From assembly GCA_963666055.2 (NCBI GenBank), contig CAXWPH010000011.1:252338-316337 (forward strand): DNA of 64,000 nt. The letters run 5' to 3'. Shown here in pieces: positions 1 through 9,616 of this stretch (position 1 is the first letter of the stretch; each line of letters opens with the position of its first letter). The notes under the pieces were generated by a model. The model was not told where the DNA came from, searched no databases, and worked only from the letters and a program-made list of their open reading frames with translations. The position numbers were made by a program, and so were the translations under genes. This DNA is from Acidobacteriota bacterium (GTDB taxonomy: Bacteria; Acidobacteriota; UBA890; WLXD01).

Positions 1-266
1 CTAGCACCCTGGTGGCCGCGGCTACGGGACAACGACGGCAGCTGGCTGCCCTCCCGGACCCCGTGCGTACTCGGTTACGATTGTAGCCGGCCGGAGAACG
101 TGCCGGCAAAGGATACCGCCGCGTTGGCGTCGTCTGATCGGCAATCGCGAAGCCACCCTACAGCTCTGGACAAACGCGAATTCGGGTGGCGTGACGATCA
201 CCGGCGGACGGAGGTTGCGGCCGGGCCTCGACACGACGGCCGCCAACAACTATCGGAGAGTCCACC

Positions 267-1607
267 TTGACCCAGCTGGAGGCGTATCTCGACCAGGCCA
301 CGTCCGCCGCCATCGAGCAGCTACAACAGCTCATTGCTGTGCCGAGCGTGTCGGCGCGCGGCGAGCATCTGCCGGAGGGCGCGGCGGCATTCGCCGCCCT
401 GTTGCAAGAGTGCGGGCTGCAAACGACCGTTTGGGAGTCCTCGGGCGCACCAGTGGTTTTCGCCCACCATCCGGCACCGCCAGGCAAGCCGACAGTACTT
501 ATCTACGGCCACTACGACGTGCAGCCACCGGATCCGATCGACGAGTGGCGCACCGATCCGTTCGAGGGAGTGTTGCGCGACGGTGCGGTTTACGGGCGCG
601 GCGCGGCCGACAACAAAGGGCAGCTGCTGGCGCACATCATGGGTGTCGCGCTACTCCAGAGGCTCAACCGACTCGATGTCGGGATCAAGTTTCTTATCGA
701 GGGCGAGGAAGAAACGGGCAGCCCCCATCTCGCGCAGGTAGCAGAGCAGCATCGACCTGAGCTAGCCGCTGATCTCGCCCTGACCTCCGATGCCCCATTC
801 CACGACGATGGGACTCCCGTGGTCATCTTCGGCGTACGCGGCCTCCTCTATCTCGAGCTCGAGGCGCACGGTGCCGATCGCGACGTACACTCGGGCAATC
901 GGGGCGGTATCGCCCCGACGCCCGCTTGGGATCTCGTCGCCGCCCTGGGCTCGATGTGCGGCCCCGGCGGCGGCGTGCGCGTCGCGGGTTTCTACGACGA
1001 TGTCCGCCCACCATCGGCAAACGAACAGGAGCTGCTACGACGACTTCCCTTCGATCGCCAGGCCTTGCGGCGCGAGCTCGGCGTCCGGCGGCTCCCACCG
1101 CTGGCCGAGGAGGACCCGGCACAGGCCCTGATGTTCTCGCCCACCTTCAACATCTCCGGGCTAACCAGTGGCTACGGCGGCCCCGGCGCCAAGACGATCG
1201 TGCCCTCGCGGGCCACCTGCAAGCTCGATCTTCGGTTGGTCGCCGACCAGGATCCGGAACGGATCTTCGCGTCCATCGAAACGCACCTGCATCGACAATT
1301 TCCGTCCATTCGCCTGACGAAGCTCGCCTCGGTGCCACCATCAGCAACGTCACCGGATACTCCGTTCGCCGAGCCGATCATCTCCGCCGTGGCACGCGCC
1401 TGTGGCCAACCGCCGCTCCTGAGGCCTCGCTTGGGCGGCACGACGCCCGACTTCATCTTCACACGGGTGCTCGGAATGCCCAGTCTGCTGATCCCCTACG
1501 GACAACCGGGGATGAATCACCACGCTCCGAACGAGCACATCACCGTAGCGGCCCTACGCCGCGGCATCGGCTGCACCGTCGAGATCTGCGAGGCACTGGG
1601 GCGCTGA
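267..1607 (+). CDS. M20/M25/M40 family metallopeptidase (dipeptidase/ArgE-DapE-like)
   Basis: 446-aa ORF with M20 motifs YGHYDVQP, GRGAADNKG, EGEEETGS and C-terminal HAPNE; TTG start after GGAGAG. Confidence 0.9.
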   Translation: MTQLEAYLDQATSAAIEQLQQLIAVPSVSARGEHLPEGAAAFAALLQECGLQTTVWESSGAPVVFAHHPAPPGKPTVLIYGHYDVQPPDPIDEWRTDPFEGVLRDGAVYGRGAADNKGQLLAHIMGVALLQRLNRLDVGIKFLIEGEEETGSPHLAQVAEQHRPELAADLALTSDAPFHDDGTPVVIFGVRGLLYLELEAHGADRDVHSGNRGGIAPTPAWDLVAALGSMCGPGGGVRVAGFYDDVRPPSANEQELLRRLPFDRQALRRELGVRRLPPLAEEDPAQALMFSPTFNISGLTSGYGGPGAKTIVPSRATCKLDLRLVADQDPERIFASIETHLHRQFPSIRLTKLASVPPSATSPDTPFAEPIISAVARACGQPPLLRPRLGGTTPDFIFTRVLGMPSLLIPYGQPGMNHHAPNEHITVAALRRGIGCTVEICEALGR

Positions 1608-1629
1608 GACGGGGTGGCGACGGCCGTAC

Positions 1630-3795
1630 TCAAGGCTGCGCGGCGCAGAAGACCTCGAACGCGGGAGCCACAGTGCCGGGCGGCGCACCCGCACGCAGTA
1701 GTTCGGAGATCAGCGGCGTCGCAGCACAGGCGCCAGGTAGCAGGCTCGCCAGCGTCTGGCCATCGTCGCGCCCCGCTCCGATGAGCCACCGGAGCGCCGC
1801 GTGAAGATCGTGGAGCGTCGCCAGGACCGACTCCAACGACATGTCGTCGCGTGGGCTGGCGAAGCGCACGAAGGCCTGCGCGATGCCCAACGGGGTCAGC
1901 ACTCGGCCGAGAGTCTGGCCAGATTCGTCGAGCACTCCCCACCAGCCGTGCAAAGTCTCGTCGCCACGGTCGATCGGTCGCGCCAATCCCACCAGCAGCC
2001 GCCCGTTTGCGAGGTCAGCCTGTGCCACCGATTGGGCCGCAGCCGGCCATTGCTCTGGCGAGGCATCCTCGGCGAGCCACCACTGCAACCGGCCGCCGCT
2101 GCCGACAGCCCGTAGCGTCACGTCAAAGGCAGTCACCGGCGGGCGGTCTGCAACACGGTTCAACACCTGGCCCGTGAGTGCCGAGCGCAACAGCCCGTAC
2201 GCGCCGGCAGTCGCCGATCTCTGGTGGCGCTCCAGCCCGCCGAGGCGCAGCGGATCGCTCGTCCAAACCGTCAGTCGACCCTCGCTCTCCACAGCGGGCG
2301 GCGTCCAGTGCACGGCTGCCATGCGGGCGGAACCCCGATACGCCCCCCGGGCGGGTGGCCGCAGGCTCTCACCAGCCACCAGCAGGGCAACAGCGATGGC
2401 ATCCAGGCCGTCCCTTTCGAGCACCTGCCAGGACCGTAGTGCGGCGATGTGCAACGCCGTTGCCGGGTGCTCGGGGTCGCCGGCCTCGACCTTCGGTCCG
2501 GCTGGCCGCAGCTCCAGCACCGGTCCCACGGGCGGCGACATCGAACGGTTGCGCGGTCGCACCGCCCACGCTTCGAAAGCTGCGAGCTCGGCAACCGACA
2601 GCTCACTCAACGCGTCGAAAAGGGGCACCGTCCGATCCCGGAGGTAGGCTCGCGGCATCGCGCCAGAAGCGAAGACAACCGCCAGGCGCGCCAGCGGGTC
2701 GGCGCCGAACGGGATGCGGGCATGAATGTCAGACCCCATTGGGACGTCAACGTCGATCTCGAGCTCGACCTGTGCAAGTTCAGCAAGCTCAATCAGCGGG
2801 GTAATGGCCGTTCGGCCCGCAGCCCTGAGCTGCAGCGCCACGGATCCAACCGGGGCGGGAACCAGCACGTCGGCGAGGGCCGCGGCAAGTCGCGCTGCCG
2901 CTTCGGCTTCTTCGCCGAGTGGCTCATCAGGCGGAGCGTCCTCCAGCGAAGCCTCCGTATCCACGACCACGACCTCGACGAGATCCTCCGAGGCGTTTTC
3001 TACGACGCGATCTAGGCGCACGATCGAGCCAATCAACTCGCCCAGCGGCAACTCCAGGTTCACAAGCGTAGCTTCGTCGAGCTGAACGCGGATCGACGCC
3101 ATCGTACGGAGAACCGCCGGTGGCGCATCGAAGGCCGCACCTCGTTGCCCGACCGTCTCGCCAATGGCGGTGCCGGCAAACGACGCATCCATGGCAATCC
3201 ATTGATCGTCCCGACGTACTTCTAGCCACCAGTGGTCGGCGGCCATCTCGATCCACCGGAGCCAGGGATCGCCACGGCCAGTGTGTGTGGCGGCAGGTTC
3301 GCCTACCAGCGCCACCGCGTCGCGCCACGCAAGGCGGCCGCGCACCAGCCTCACAGCGATGCCACGGGCGCGATAAAGCCCCGCAAGCAGCAGCGTCTGG
3401 TCGAGCGAGTTACCGCTGGACGCCAGCAAAGCGCCGCGAGCGCCGCGCACACTGCCGGCGTAGGGCTCGTATCGTACCTGGCGTTGAACGAAACGAAACG
3501 GCCCCTCGATACCGGGTTCGAGTCTGGCGCTCAGCGTTGCTACGTCATCGCCCGCTGGTGCGCGGCGGGGCGACTGGAGCCCCAGCATTACCTCCTCGAC
3601 ATCGACACGCTCAAAAAACGTTCGCAACGTAGCGACCGCCGCGTCAGGCCATTGAACGACCGGCTCAGCATCCAACTGCTGTACCTGCTGCGCGCTCGCG
3701 ACCAGGTCAGGCAAGATGCAGATACTCACCCCGACAACGACGATGCACGGCCACACCCGCCTGCAGGGGGCCGAACCCAAGCTACTGGAGACCAT
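1630..3795 (-). CDS. Secreted hypothetical protein with transglutaminase-like domain
   Basis: 721-aa ORF; hydrophobic N-terminus ending ASA-Q; YEPYAGSVRGARGALLASSGNSLDQTLLL...HWWLEV...WIAMD resembles a TGase-like core; start uncertain. Confidence 0.6.
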   Translation of the reverse strand: MVSSSLGSAPCRRVWPCIVVVGVSICILPDLVASAQQVQQLDAEPVVQWPDAAVATLRTFFERVDVEEVMLGLQSPRRAPAGDDVATLSARLEPGIEGPFRFVQRQVRYEPYAGSVRGARGALLASSGNSLDQTLLLAGLYRARGIAVRLVRGRLAWRDAVALVGEPAATHTGRGDPWLRWIEMAADHWWLEVRRDDQWIAMDASFAGTAIGETVGQRGAAFDAPPAVLRTMASIRVQLDEATLVNLELPLGELIGSIVRLDRVVENASEDLVEVVVVDTEASLEDAPPDEPLGEEAEAAARLAAALADVLVPAPVGSVALQLRAAGRTAITPLIELAELAQVELEIDVDVPMGSDIHARIPFGADPLARLAVVFASGAMPRAYLRDRTVPLFDALSELSVAELAAFEAWAVRPRNRSMSPPVGPVLELRPAGPKVEAGDPEHPATALHIAALRSWQVLERDGLDAIAVALLVAGESLRPPARGAYRGSARMAAVHWTPPAVESEGRLTVWTSDPLRLGGLERHQRSATAGAYGLLRSALTGQVLNRVADRPPVTAFDVTLRAVGSGGRLQWWLAEDASPEQWPAAAQSVAQADLANGRLLVGLARPIDRGDETLHGWWGVLDESGQTLGRVLTPLGIAQAFVRFASPRDDMSLESVLATLHDLHAALRWLIGAGRDDGQTLASLLPGACAATPLISELLRAGAPPGTVAPAFEVFCAAQP

Positions 3796-3939
3796 GTGTG
3801 CCAGGCTAGAGGCGCCGCCAAGCGGCTGTCAAACTCGGCGCGGAGCCCATAGCAAGCGGCGCGGACGGCCCCGCCGACTGGCGGCCGCGCCGCCCACGAG
3901 AGCCACCGGCTAGAATACGTTGCCCCGCGGAGGGAACAG

Positions 3940-5508
3940 ATGCTACGAACACACCCGCTGGGCGGCGCGCTCGGGCTCGTCGTCCTGTTCACTTGCGCTT
4001 GCGGCGCACCCGAGAATCCCGGCCCGGACCTGATCCTCACCGCCGGGCGTATCTACGCCTCGGCGGAGTCGACGGAACCGGTATCCGCGTTGGCGATCGC
4101 CGGCGATCGCATCGTCGCCCTCGGCACCGACGAGGAGGTTCGGGCTCTGGCGACGGACTTCACCCAGGAAATGGACCTCAGCGGCGCAGCGGTACTTCCC
4201 GGATTCCACGACGCGTGGGTCGACCTCGAGGCCGTCGGACGGCGCGCCGATATGCTCGATCTCACCCGAACGGCTGCATCACGCGAGGTGCAGGCGCGAG
4301 TGCGCGCCGCCTCCGTCGAGGGGTCCGGTTGGATTGTCGGGTGGGGATGGGATGAGACGATTTGGCCTAGCGGGCAGGTACCGGACCGGCGCTTGCTCGA
4401 CGGTATCGCCGATACGCGCCCGGTACTCTTGTACCGTCGCATCGGCCGGGTAGCTTGGCTCAACGGCACAGCCCTGGCGACGACCGGCACTACCGACCAG
4501 GTGCTGAGAGACGTGGACGGTAACCCTACGGGCCTGTTGGCCGGTGCAGCGCTGCAGCGTGCGGAGGCCATGTTGCCCATCGCCACGTCCGACCAGCGGC
4601 GTGGCTGGATCATCGCCGGCTTGCAGGCCGCGGCAGCGGCCGGCTTCACTTCGGTGTCGTCCGCACCGCTCGATGAACAGGCCGTCGAGCTACTGTTAGA
4701 GCTAGCGAACATCGGCGACCTGCAGATTCATGTTCGTGTCCGCCTGCAGCCTACCGTTGCCCCTCCCGACCGGCTCGGGACGGACAACCACCTTCAGATT
4801 ACCTCGATTGGTCTCGACCTGGATGGTCCTTTGGCGCTGCGCTTGGCGGCCGTGTCCGCGCCGTATGCGGATGCATCGACCGTCACGCCTCCGGCTCCGG
4901 CTTCCGGACTCGACGCGGCGTGCGATCGTGCCGCCGCGGTGGGTCTACCTCTCGACACCCATCTCCGGGGCGACGCCGCCATCAACGCGGTTGGCAACTG
5001 CGCGGCCGCCGACAAGGGCCTCGTGGTGGGCGCCGACATCCTGCCTCCAGGGGCCAACGTCAGCGCTCGGCAGGTCGCCATCGTGCCGCATCGCATGGCC
5101 CACGACCTGTACTGGCTGGCGGATCGAATCGGCGTACAACGTGCCTCGGAAGCCCACGCTTATCGCGATCTCGCCCGCGCCGGAAAGCTGGTAGCGTTCG
5201 CAACGCGCGCCCCGGCATTCCCCCTCGACCCGATGGGAGCGCTCTGGATCATGAACCGGCGACAGGATCTACAGGGCTATCCACTGGACGGTTGGAACGC
5301 TCCCCAGCGATTGTCGGTTCGCGACTCCCTGCGCGTTGCCTTCGCGCACCAACTGCTCGGGGCACGTGGCCTCACGATCGATGCCAAAGCCGACCTTGTG
5401 GTCTGGTCGGAAGACCCCTTCGACGAAGACACGCAGCTTGACGATACGCAGGCGCTGATTGTTCTCGTGGATGGCCGGGTGATCTTCTCGCGTCCGACCG
5501 TACCTTGA
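3940..5508 (+). CDS. Amidohydrolase-3 (YtcJ-like) lipoprotein with degenerate metal ligands
   Basis: ALAIAGDRIVALGT, DLSGAAVLPGFHD, WIVGWGWDE, AKADLVV, LVDGRVIF match the YtcJ-like fold; lipobox-like FTCAC. Confidence 0.75.
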   Translation: MLRTHPLGGALGLVVLFTCACGAPENPGPDLILTAGRIYASAESTEPVSALAIAGDRIVALGTDEEVRALATDFTQEMDLSGAAVLPGFHDAWVDLEAVGRRADMLDLTRTAASREVQARVRAASVEGSGWIVGWGWDETIWPSGQVPDRRLLDGIADTRPVLLYRRIGRVAWLNGTALATTGTTDQVLRDVDGNPTGLLAGAALQRAEAMLPIATSDQRRGWIIAGLQAAAAAGFTSVSSAPLDEQAVELLLELANIGDLQIHVRVRLQPTVAPPDRLGTDNHLQITSIGLDLDGPLALRLAAVSAPYADASTVTPPAPASGLDAACDRAAAVGLPLDTHLRGDAAINAVGNCAAADKGLVVGADILPPGANVSARQVAIVPHRMAHDLYWLADRIGVQRASEAHAYRDLARAGKLVAFATRAPAFPLDPMGALWIMNRRQDLQGYPLDGWNAPQRLSVRDSLRVAFAHQLLGARGLTIDAKADLVVWSEDPFDEDTQLDDTQALIVLVDGRVIFSRPTVP

Positions 5509-5582
5509 CAACACACAACTACGGCCATACTTTCGGCTCTGTGCTTCGGCCCCTTGGCTTCGATCCTCCTACGACCCGTTTG

Positions 5583-6068
5583 ATGTCCTATCGCGGACGA
5601 TTCATCCATCGGGCGGTAGCCGTTGCGGCTGGCTTACTGACGTTTGCGTGCACGACAACCGACCCCGAGATTGTCGCGATCGAGTACATGCGGGCGACGC
5701 GCCACGCGGACTCGGATGACGCGCTCGCGAGGCTCGATCTGGACGAGATCGTCGCCCGCATCGAGGACGATGTGACTCTTGTGCTCAAGGATGGGAACTC
5801 GACCACGTTTCTACGAAGCTCCGTGGAGACGATGCTTTGGGGCCTGTTTCAGGAAACTCCGCGCGAGGAGAACCTCATTTATGATGCGCAGCCGGCGACC
5901 GTCGACGGCGAACGTGCATCGGTAGAGGTGACGATGACTGACCCTGACCGTCGAAGCCGTACGCGCACGGTTTACTTGCGGCGCACGCCCGAGGGTTGGC
6001 GCGTGTCGGGACGCTCGGTGGACAGCCTCGTGAGCTATGTCGTACAACGGCTCGAGGAGCGGTATTGA
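5583..6068 (+). CDS. Hypothetical lipoprotein (NTF2/DUF4878-like)
   Basis: ATG at 5583 gives signal MSYRGRFIHRAVAVAAGLLTFAC; C-terminal VDGERASVEV...VYLRRTPEGWRV is typical of NTF2-like lipoproteins. Confidence 0.65.
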   Translation: MSYRGRFIHRAVAVAAGLLTFACTTTDPEIVAIEYMRATRHADSDDALARLDLDEIVARIEDDVTLVLKDGNSTTFLRSSVETMLWGLFQETPREENLIYDAQPATVDGERASVEVTMTDPDRRSRTRTVYLRRTPEGWRVSGRSVDSLVSYVVQRLEERY

Positions 6069-6138
6069 GACAGCCTTTTGAAGACCGCCCGAGACCCGTT
6101 TCTGCCCGGTGCCGGCCTCGAAAAGGAGACTCACGACG

Positions 6139-6873
6139 ATGATTCGACGATCCCCCCTGGTGCTGGCGCTGCTGGTAACGGCAGCGTGCGGTACGCCGGT
6201 CGAGAACGCGTCACAGGAGCTCATAGAACAAGTTCGCCTCGGTGACCCGCTGGCCCAGCAGACCTACGCCGAGAACCTGGAACTCCTCGAGTCGGCGGAG
6301 GCGCTGCCCATCTGGATCGATGCGCTGGAGAACGACGACAACGACCAGGTCAAACAATGGGCAGCGCAGATAATCGGCAACATCGGCGACGCTGCCGCGC
6401 TACCGGCCTTGACGGCAGCAATGTCCGACTCGCGCGGCGTACGCGACGCCGCCGTGGCAGCCATACGGCAATTCGACGACGCGACGGCGGCCGGGGTTTT
6501 CGCACAGACTCTCAGCGAGGGAACACGCGACGCCCAGGTGGCAGCACTATCGCAGTTGAGCCGGCTGGAGACCGGGGCCGACTTGGCGGTCGGGGCAATA
6601 GCGGTCACCGCTGCATCGAGCGACGAGCTGATTGCACGGACATCCATGGACACGCTGAGCGACATCGCCAACGAGGAAGCCTGCGCAGCTATCGCGGCCG
6701 TGGCCACCAACGCCGGTTTAACCGCCGAGATGCGAGCCTACGCGATAAGCACCCTCGGACGCATCCAGAACGATGCGTCCGCTGCGCAGATCGACGCCGT
6801 GGTGGCGGCGTTGCAGGATGCCGACGACGACACCGCAGCCGACCTGATAGCGCAGGCACGGAGCCTCCGCTGA
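6139..6873 (+). CDS. HEAT/PBS-repeat lipoprotein
   Basis: AGGAG RBS before ATG 6139; lipobox VTAAC; repeats such as VKQWAAQIIGNIGDAAALPALTAAM and VRDAAVAAI. Confidence 0.75.
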   Translation: MIRRSPLVLALLVTAACGTPVENASQELIEQVRLGDPLAQQTYAENLELLESAEALPIWIDALENDDNDQVKQWAAQIIGNIGDAAALPALTAAMSDSRGVRDAAVAAIRQFDDATAAGVFAQTLSEGTRDAQVAALSQLSRLETGADLAVGAIAVTAASSDELIARTSMDTLSDIANEEACAAIAAVATNAGLTAEMRAYAISTLGRIQNDASAAQIDAVVAALQDADDDTAADLIAQARSLR

Positions 6874-6922
6874 CGCCGAGCCGTCATTCAGCAACGAAAC
6901 AGTAGCGCCCTCGCGAGCGTGC

Positions 6923-8839
6923 ATGGAGCCAATCGACCTGGATTCGGTCCTGGAGGAGCAAGGGAAGGTCTCCTCTCCTGACGCCTTCGTCGAGGCCGCC
7001 GTCGTACCGAACCCCGAGGCGGTGCGAGCCCGAGCGGCAGACGACCCCGAGGCTTTCTGGGCGGGGGTGGCCGACGAGCTCGAGTGGCACCGGCACTGGG
7101 ATGAGGTGCTCGACTGGAATCCGCCGTTTGCGCGATGGTTTCCTGGTGCGCAGTGCAACATCGTGCACAACGCCATCGACCGTCACCTATCGACCTGGCG
7201 GCGCCACAAAGTAGCACTTCTGTGGGAGGGCGAGAACGGCGACCGGCAGGTGCTCACCTACGCCGAGCTCGCAGCCGAAGTCAATCGCCTGGCGAACGGG
7301 CTGCGCCGACTCGGTATCGAGAAAGGCGACTGCGTCACCATTTACATGCCGATCTGTCCCCAACAGGCAATCGCCATGCTCGCCAGCGCCAAGGTCGGCG
7401 CGTTTCACAGCGTCGTGTTCGGCGGGTTTTCGTCGGACGGCCTGCGTGATCGCATCAACGACGCCCAGTCGAAGCTGCTCATTACCGCCGACGGTGGCTA
7501 CTACCGGGGCAACATCGTGCCGCTGAAACAGGCGGCGGACCAAGCGGTACGACAGTGCCCGTCGCTGGCGCAGGTGGTGGTATACCAGCGCACCGGAGCT
7601 GACGTTTCCATGCAGGCGGGTCGCGACATGACATGGTCGGAGGCCGTCGAAGGGTGTCCCTCAACGGCCGATGCCGAGATCATGGATGCTACGGATCCCC
7701 TCTTCGTGCTCTACACCTCAGGCTCGACCGGCAAGCCCAAGGGCATCGTTCACTGCCATGGTGGATACATGGTCGGTGTTTACCAGACGATGAAGTGGGT
7801 GTTTGACCTCCGCGATACCGACTTGTACTGGTGCACTGCCGACGCCGGATGGGTCACCGGGCACAGTTACATCGTCTACGGACCACTGATGAACGGCGCC
7901 GCCGGCTTCATGGCCGAAGGCGCACCCGACTATCCGGATCCGAGTCGATGGTGGCGCTTCATCGAGCGCTACGGAATCAACATTCTCTACACTGCTCCCA
8001 CCGCCGTCCGGATGTTCATGCGCTTGGGAGAACAGTGGCCGGCGGCGCACGACCTGTCGAGCCTGCGGCTGCTCGGCACCGTTGGCGAGCCCATCAACCC
8101 CGAGGCCTGGCGCTGGTACCACCGCGTGATTGGCGGCGACAACTGCCCCATTGTCGATACCTGGTGGCAAACCGAGACCGGTTCGATCCTCATTACGAAC
8201 CTGCCCGCCGAAGCGCAAAAGCCCGGCTCTGCCGGCCTGCCGTTTCCTGGAATCGACGTCGACGTGGTCGACGCCGAGGGTAATCCCCGGGAGCCCGGTC
8301 AAGGCGGATACCTGGTCATCCGCAGACCCTGGCCGTCGATGCTCTCGACGATCTACAACGACCCTGAGCGCTACCGAGAGACCTATTGGGAAATCGTACC
8401 GGGGATGTACACCGCCGGCGATGCCGCCGTTCGAGACGAGGATGGGTACATCCGCCTGCTGGGGCGCATGGACGATGTCCTCAACGTCGCCGGGCATCGG
8501 CTCGGTACCATGGAGATCGAGAGTTCTCTGGTCGCCCACGCCGCGGTAGCCGAGGCCGCTGTCATCGGCATGCCCGACGAGATCAAGGGGGAGGTGCCGA
8601 AGGCGTTCGTCCTTTTGCATCAGGGTATCGAGCCCACCGACGAGCTCGCCAGCGAGCTGCGTGAGCATGTCGGCAACCAGATCGGCAAGATCGCGCGGCC
8701 GCAGATCATCGAGTTTGTCTCGAGCCTGCCGAAGACTCGGAGCGGCAAGATCATGCGGCGACTGCTCAAGGCAAAGGAACGCGGCGAGGACGTCGGCGAT
8801 ACGTCAACGCTGGACCCGGGCAGCGTACCGAACGACTAG
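6923..8839 (+). CDS. acs: Acetyl-CoA synthetase (acetate--CoA ligase)
   Basis: YTSGSTGKPKG, DTWWQTETG, GHRLGTMEIES, LPKTRSGKIMRRLL. Confidence 0.97.
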   Translation: MEPIDLDSVLEEQGKVSSPDAFVEAAVVPNPEAVRARAADDPEAFWAGVADELEWHRHWDEVLDWNPPFARWFPGAQCNIVHNAIDRHLSTWRRHKVALLWEGENGDRQVLTYAELAAEVNRLANGLRRLGIEKGDCVTIYMPICPQQAIAMLASAKVGAFHSVVFGGFSSDGLRDRINDAQSKLLITADGGYYRGNIVPLKQAADQAVRQCPSLAQVVVYQRTGADVSMQAGRDMTWSEAVEGCPSTADAEIMDATDPLFVLYTSGSTGKPKGIVHCHGGYMVGVYQTMKWVFDLRDTDLYWCTADAGWVTGHSYIVYGPLMNGAAGFMAEGAPDYPDPSRWWRFIERYGINILYTAPTAVRMFMRLGEQWPAAHDLSSLRLLGTVGEPINPEAWRWYHRVIGGDNCPIVDTWWQTETGSILITNLPAEAQKPGSAGLPFPGIDVDVVDAEGNPREPGQGGYLVIRRPWPSMLSTIYNDPERYRETYWEIVPGMYTAGDAAVRDEDGYIRLLGRMDDVLNVAGHRLGTMEIESSLVAHAAVAEAAVIGMPDEIKGEVPKAFVLLHQGIEPTDELASELREHVGNQIGKIARPQIIEFVSSLPKTRSGKIMRRLLKAKERGEDVGDTSTLDPGSVPND

Positions 8840-8855
8840 TGGCACAGGCCACTAG
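8836..8855. repeat. 20-bp CTAG-bounded palindrome over the acs stop codon
   Basis: CTAGTGGC-ACAG-GCCACTAG. Confidence 0.6.
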
Positions 8856-8887
8856 CGCGGAGCCAATATCCTCCAGCGGCGATACGA

Positions 8888-8914
8888 AGAGCGCCCGTCG
8901 GCGACGGGCGCTCT
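8888..8914. terminator. Hairpin between convergent acs and tRNA-Ala, possibly a bidirectional terminator
   Basis: AGAGCGCCCGTCG-G-CGACGGGCGCTCT perfect inverted repeat; U-tract weak. Confidence 0.6.
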
Positions 8915-8918
8915 CGAG

Positions 8919-8991
8919 TGGACCGTGGGGGGCTCGAACCCCCGACCTCCGGCATGCGAGGCCGGCGCTCTCCCAACTGAGCTAACGGCCC
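8919..8991 (-). tRNA. tRNA-Ala(CGC)
   Basis: GGGCCGTTAGCTCAGTTGGGAGAGCGCCGGCCT-CGC-ATGCCGG...GGTTCGAGCCCCCCACGGTCCA; G3:U70 pair; CCA not encoded. Confidence 0.95.
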
Positions 8992-9012
8992 TCACTGGCT
9001 GTGGCAGCCAGG

Positions 9013-9606
9013 CTATCGTTCGCTCTCGTCTTCGTCAGACGAGTCGCCTGCATCCGACGGATCGATGGCCTCCTCTTGCGGAGCAACCTCGTCGACAACG
9101 TCGCCCTCTGCGCCGGTAGTGTCGGCCTCGGCGGGATCGCTGCTCGGCGCGTCGTCGTCGATGTCCGCGGTGGTCTCCGCAGCCACGGTGTCCTGAGACG
9201 CGGTACGTGGCCCGGTCTTCTTCTTGCGCTTGCGCTTGCGTTGCGGCAACTCCGCTTCGACTAGCTCGATTACCGCCATGTTGGCGCGATCGCCGGCACG
9301 CGAGGAGAGCTTGATGATACGCGTGTAACCTCCGGATCGCTCCGCGTAGCGTGGGGCCAGGTCATCGAAGAGCTTGCGGAGGACTGCCTTGTCGCGGATG
9401 ATTCGCGCCGCATGACGCCTTGCATGTAGCGACTCGCGCTTCCCGAGCGTGATCATTCGCTCGGCGAGTGGCCTGAGTACTTTGGCCTTGGCCTCGGTGG
9501 TGCGGATCTTCTCGTGCCGCAACAGGTCCGTGACCATGTTACGCAACATGGCTTTGCGGTGCGCCGGCGTTCGGCCCAACGTCGCGGTAGTTTGGCGGTG
9601 ACGCAT
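9013..9606 (-). CDS. rplQ: 50S ribosomal protein L17 with acidic C-terminal extension
   Basis: MRHR...[23 protein letters not shown]. Confidence 0.97.
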   Translation of the reverse strand: MRHRQTTATLGRTPAHRKAMLRNMVTDLLRHEKIRTTEAKAKVLRPLAERMITLGKRESLHARRHAARIIRDKAVLRKLFDDLAPRYAERSGGYTRIIKLSSRAGDRANMAVIELVEAELPQRKRKRKKKTGPRTASQDTVAAETTADIDDDAPSSDPAEADTTGAEGDVVDEVAPQEEAIDPSDAGDSSDEDESER

Positions 9607-9616
9607 CAGTTCTCTC

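Noticed and set aside
1-15. Window begins with CTAGCACCCTGGTGG, loosely like the repeat end
   Set aside because: Only CTAGCA and GTGG match, there is no partner arm, and upstream context is missing.
22-249. 75-aa minus-strand ORF
   Set aside because: No recognisable motif or RBS; probably the upstream region of the M20 gene.
1-8991. tRNA-Ala as an integration site for a genomic island in 1-8.9 kb
   Set aside because: No integrase, no duplicated tRNA 3' end, and composition looks like the rest of the window.
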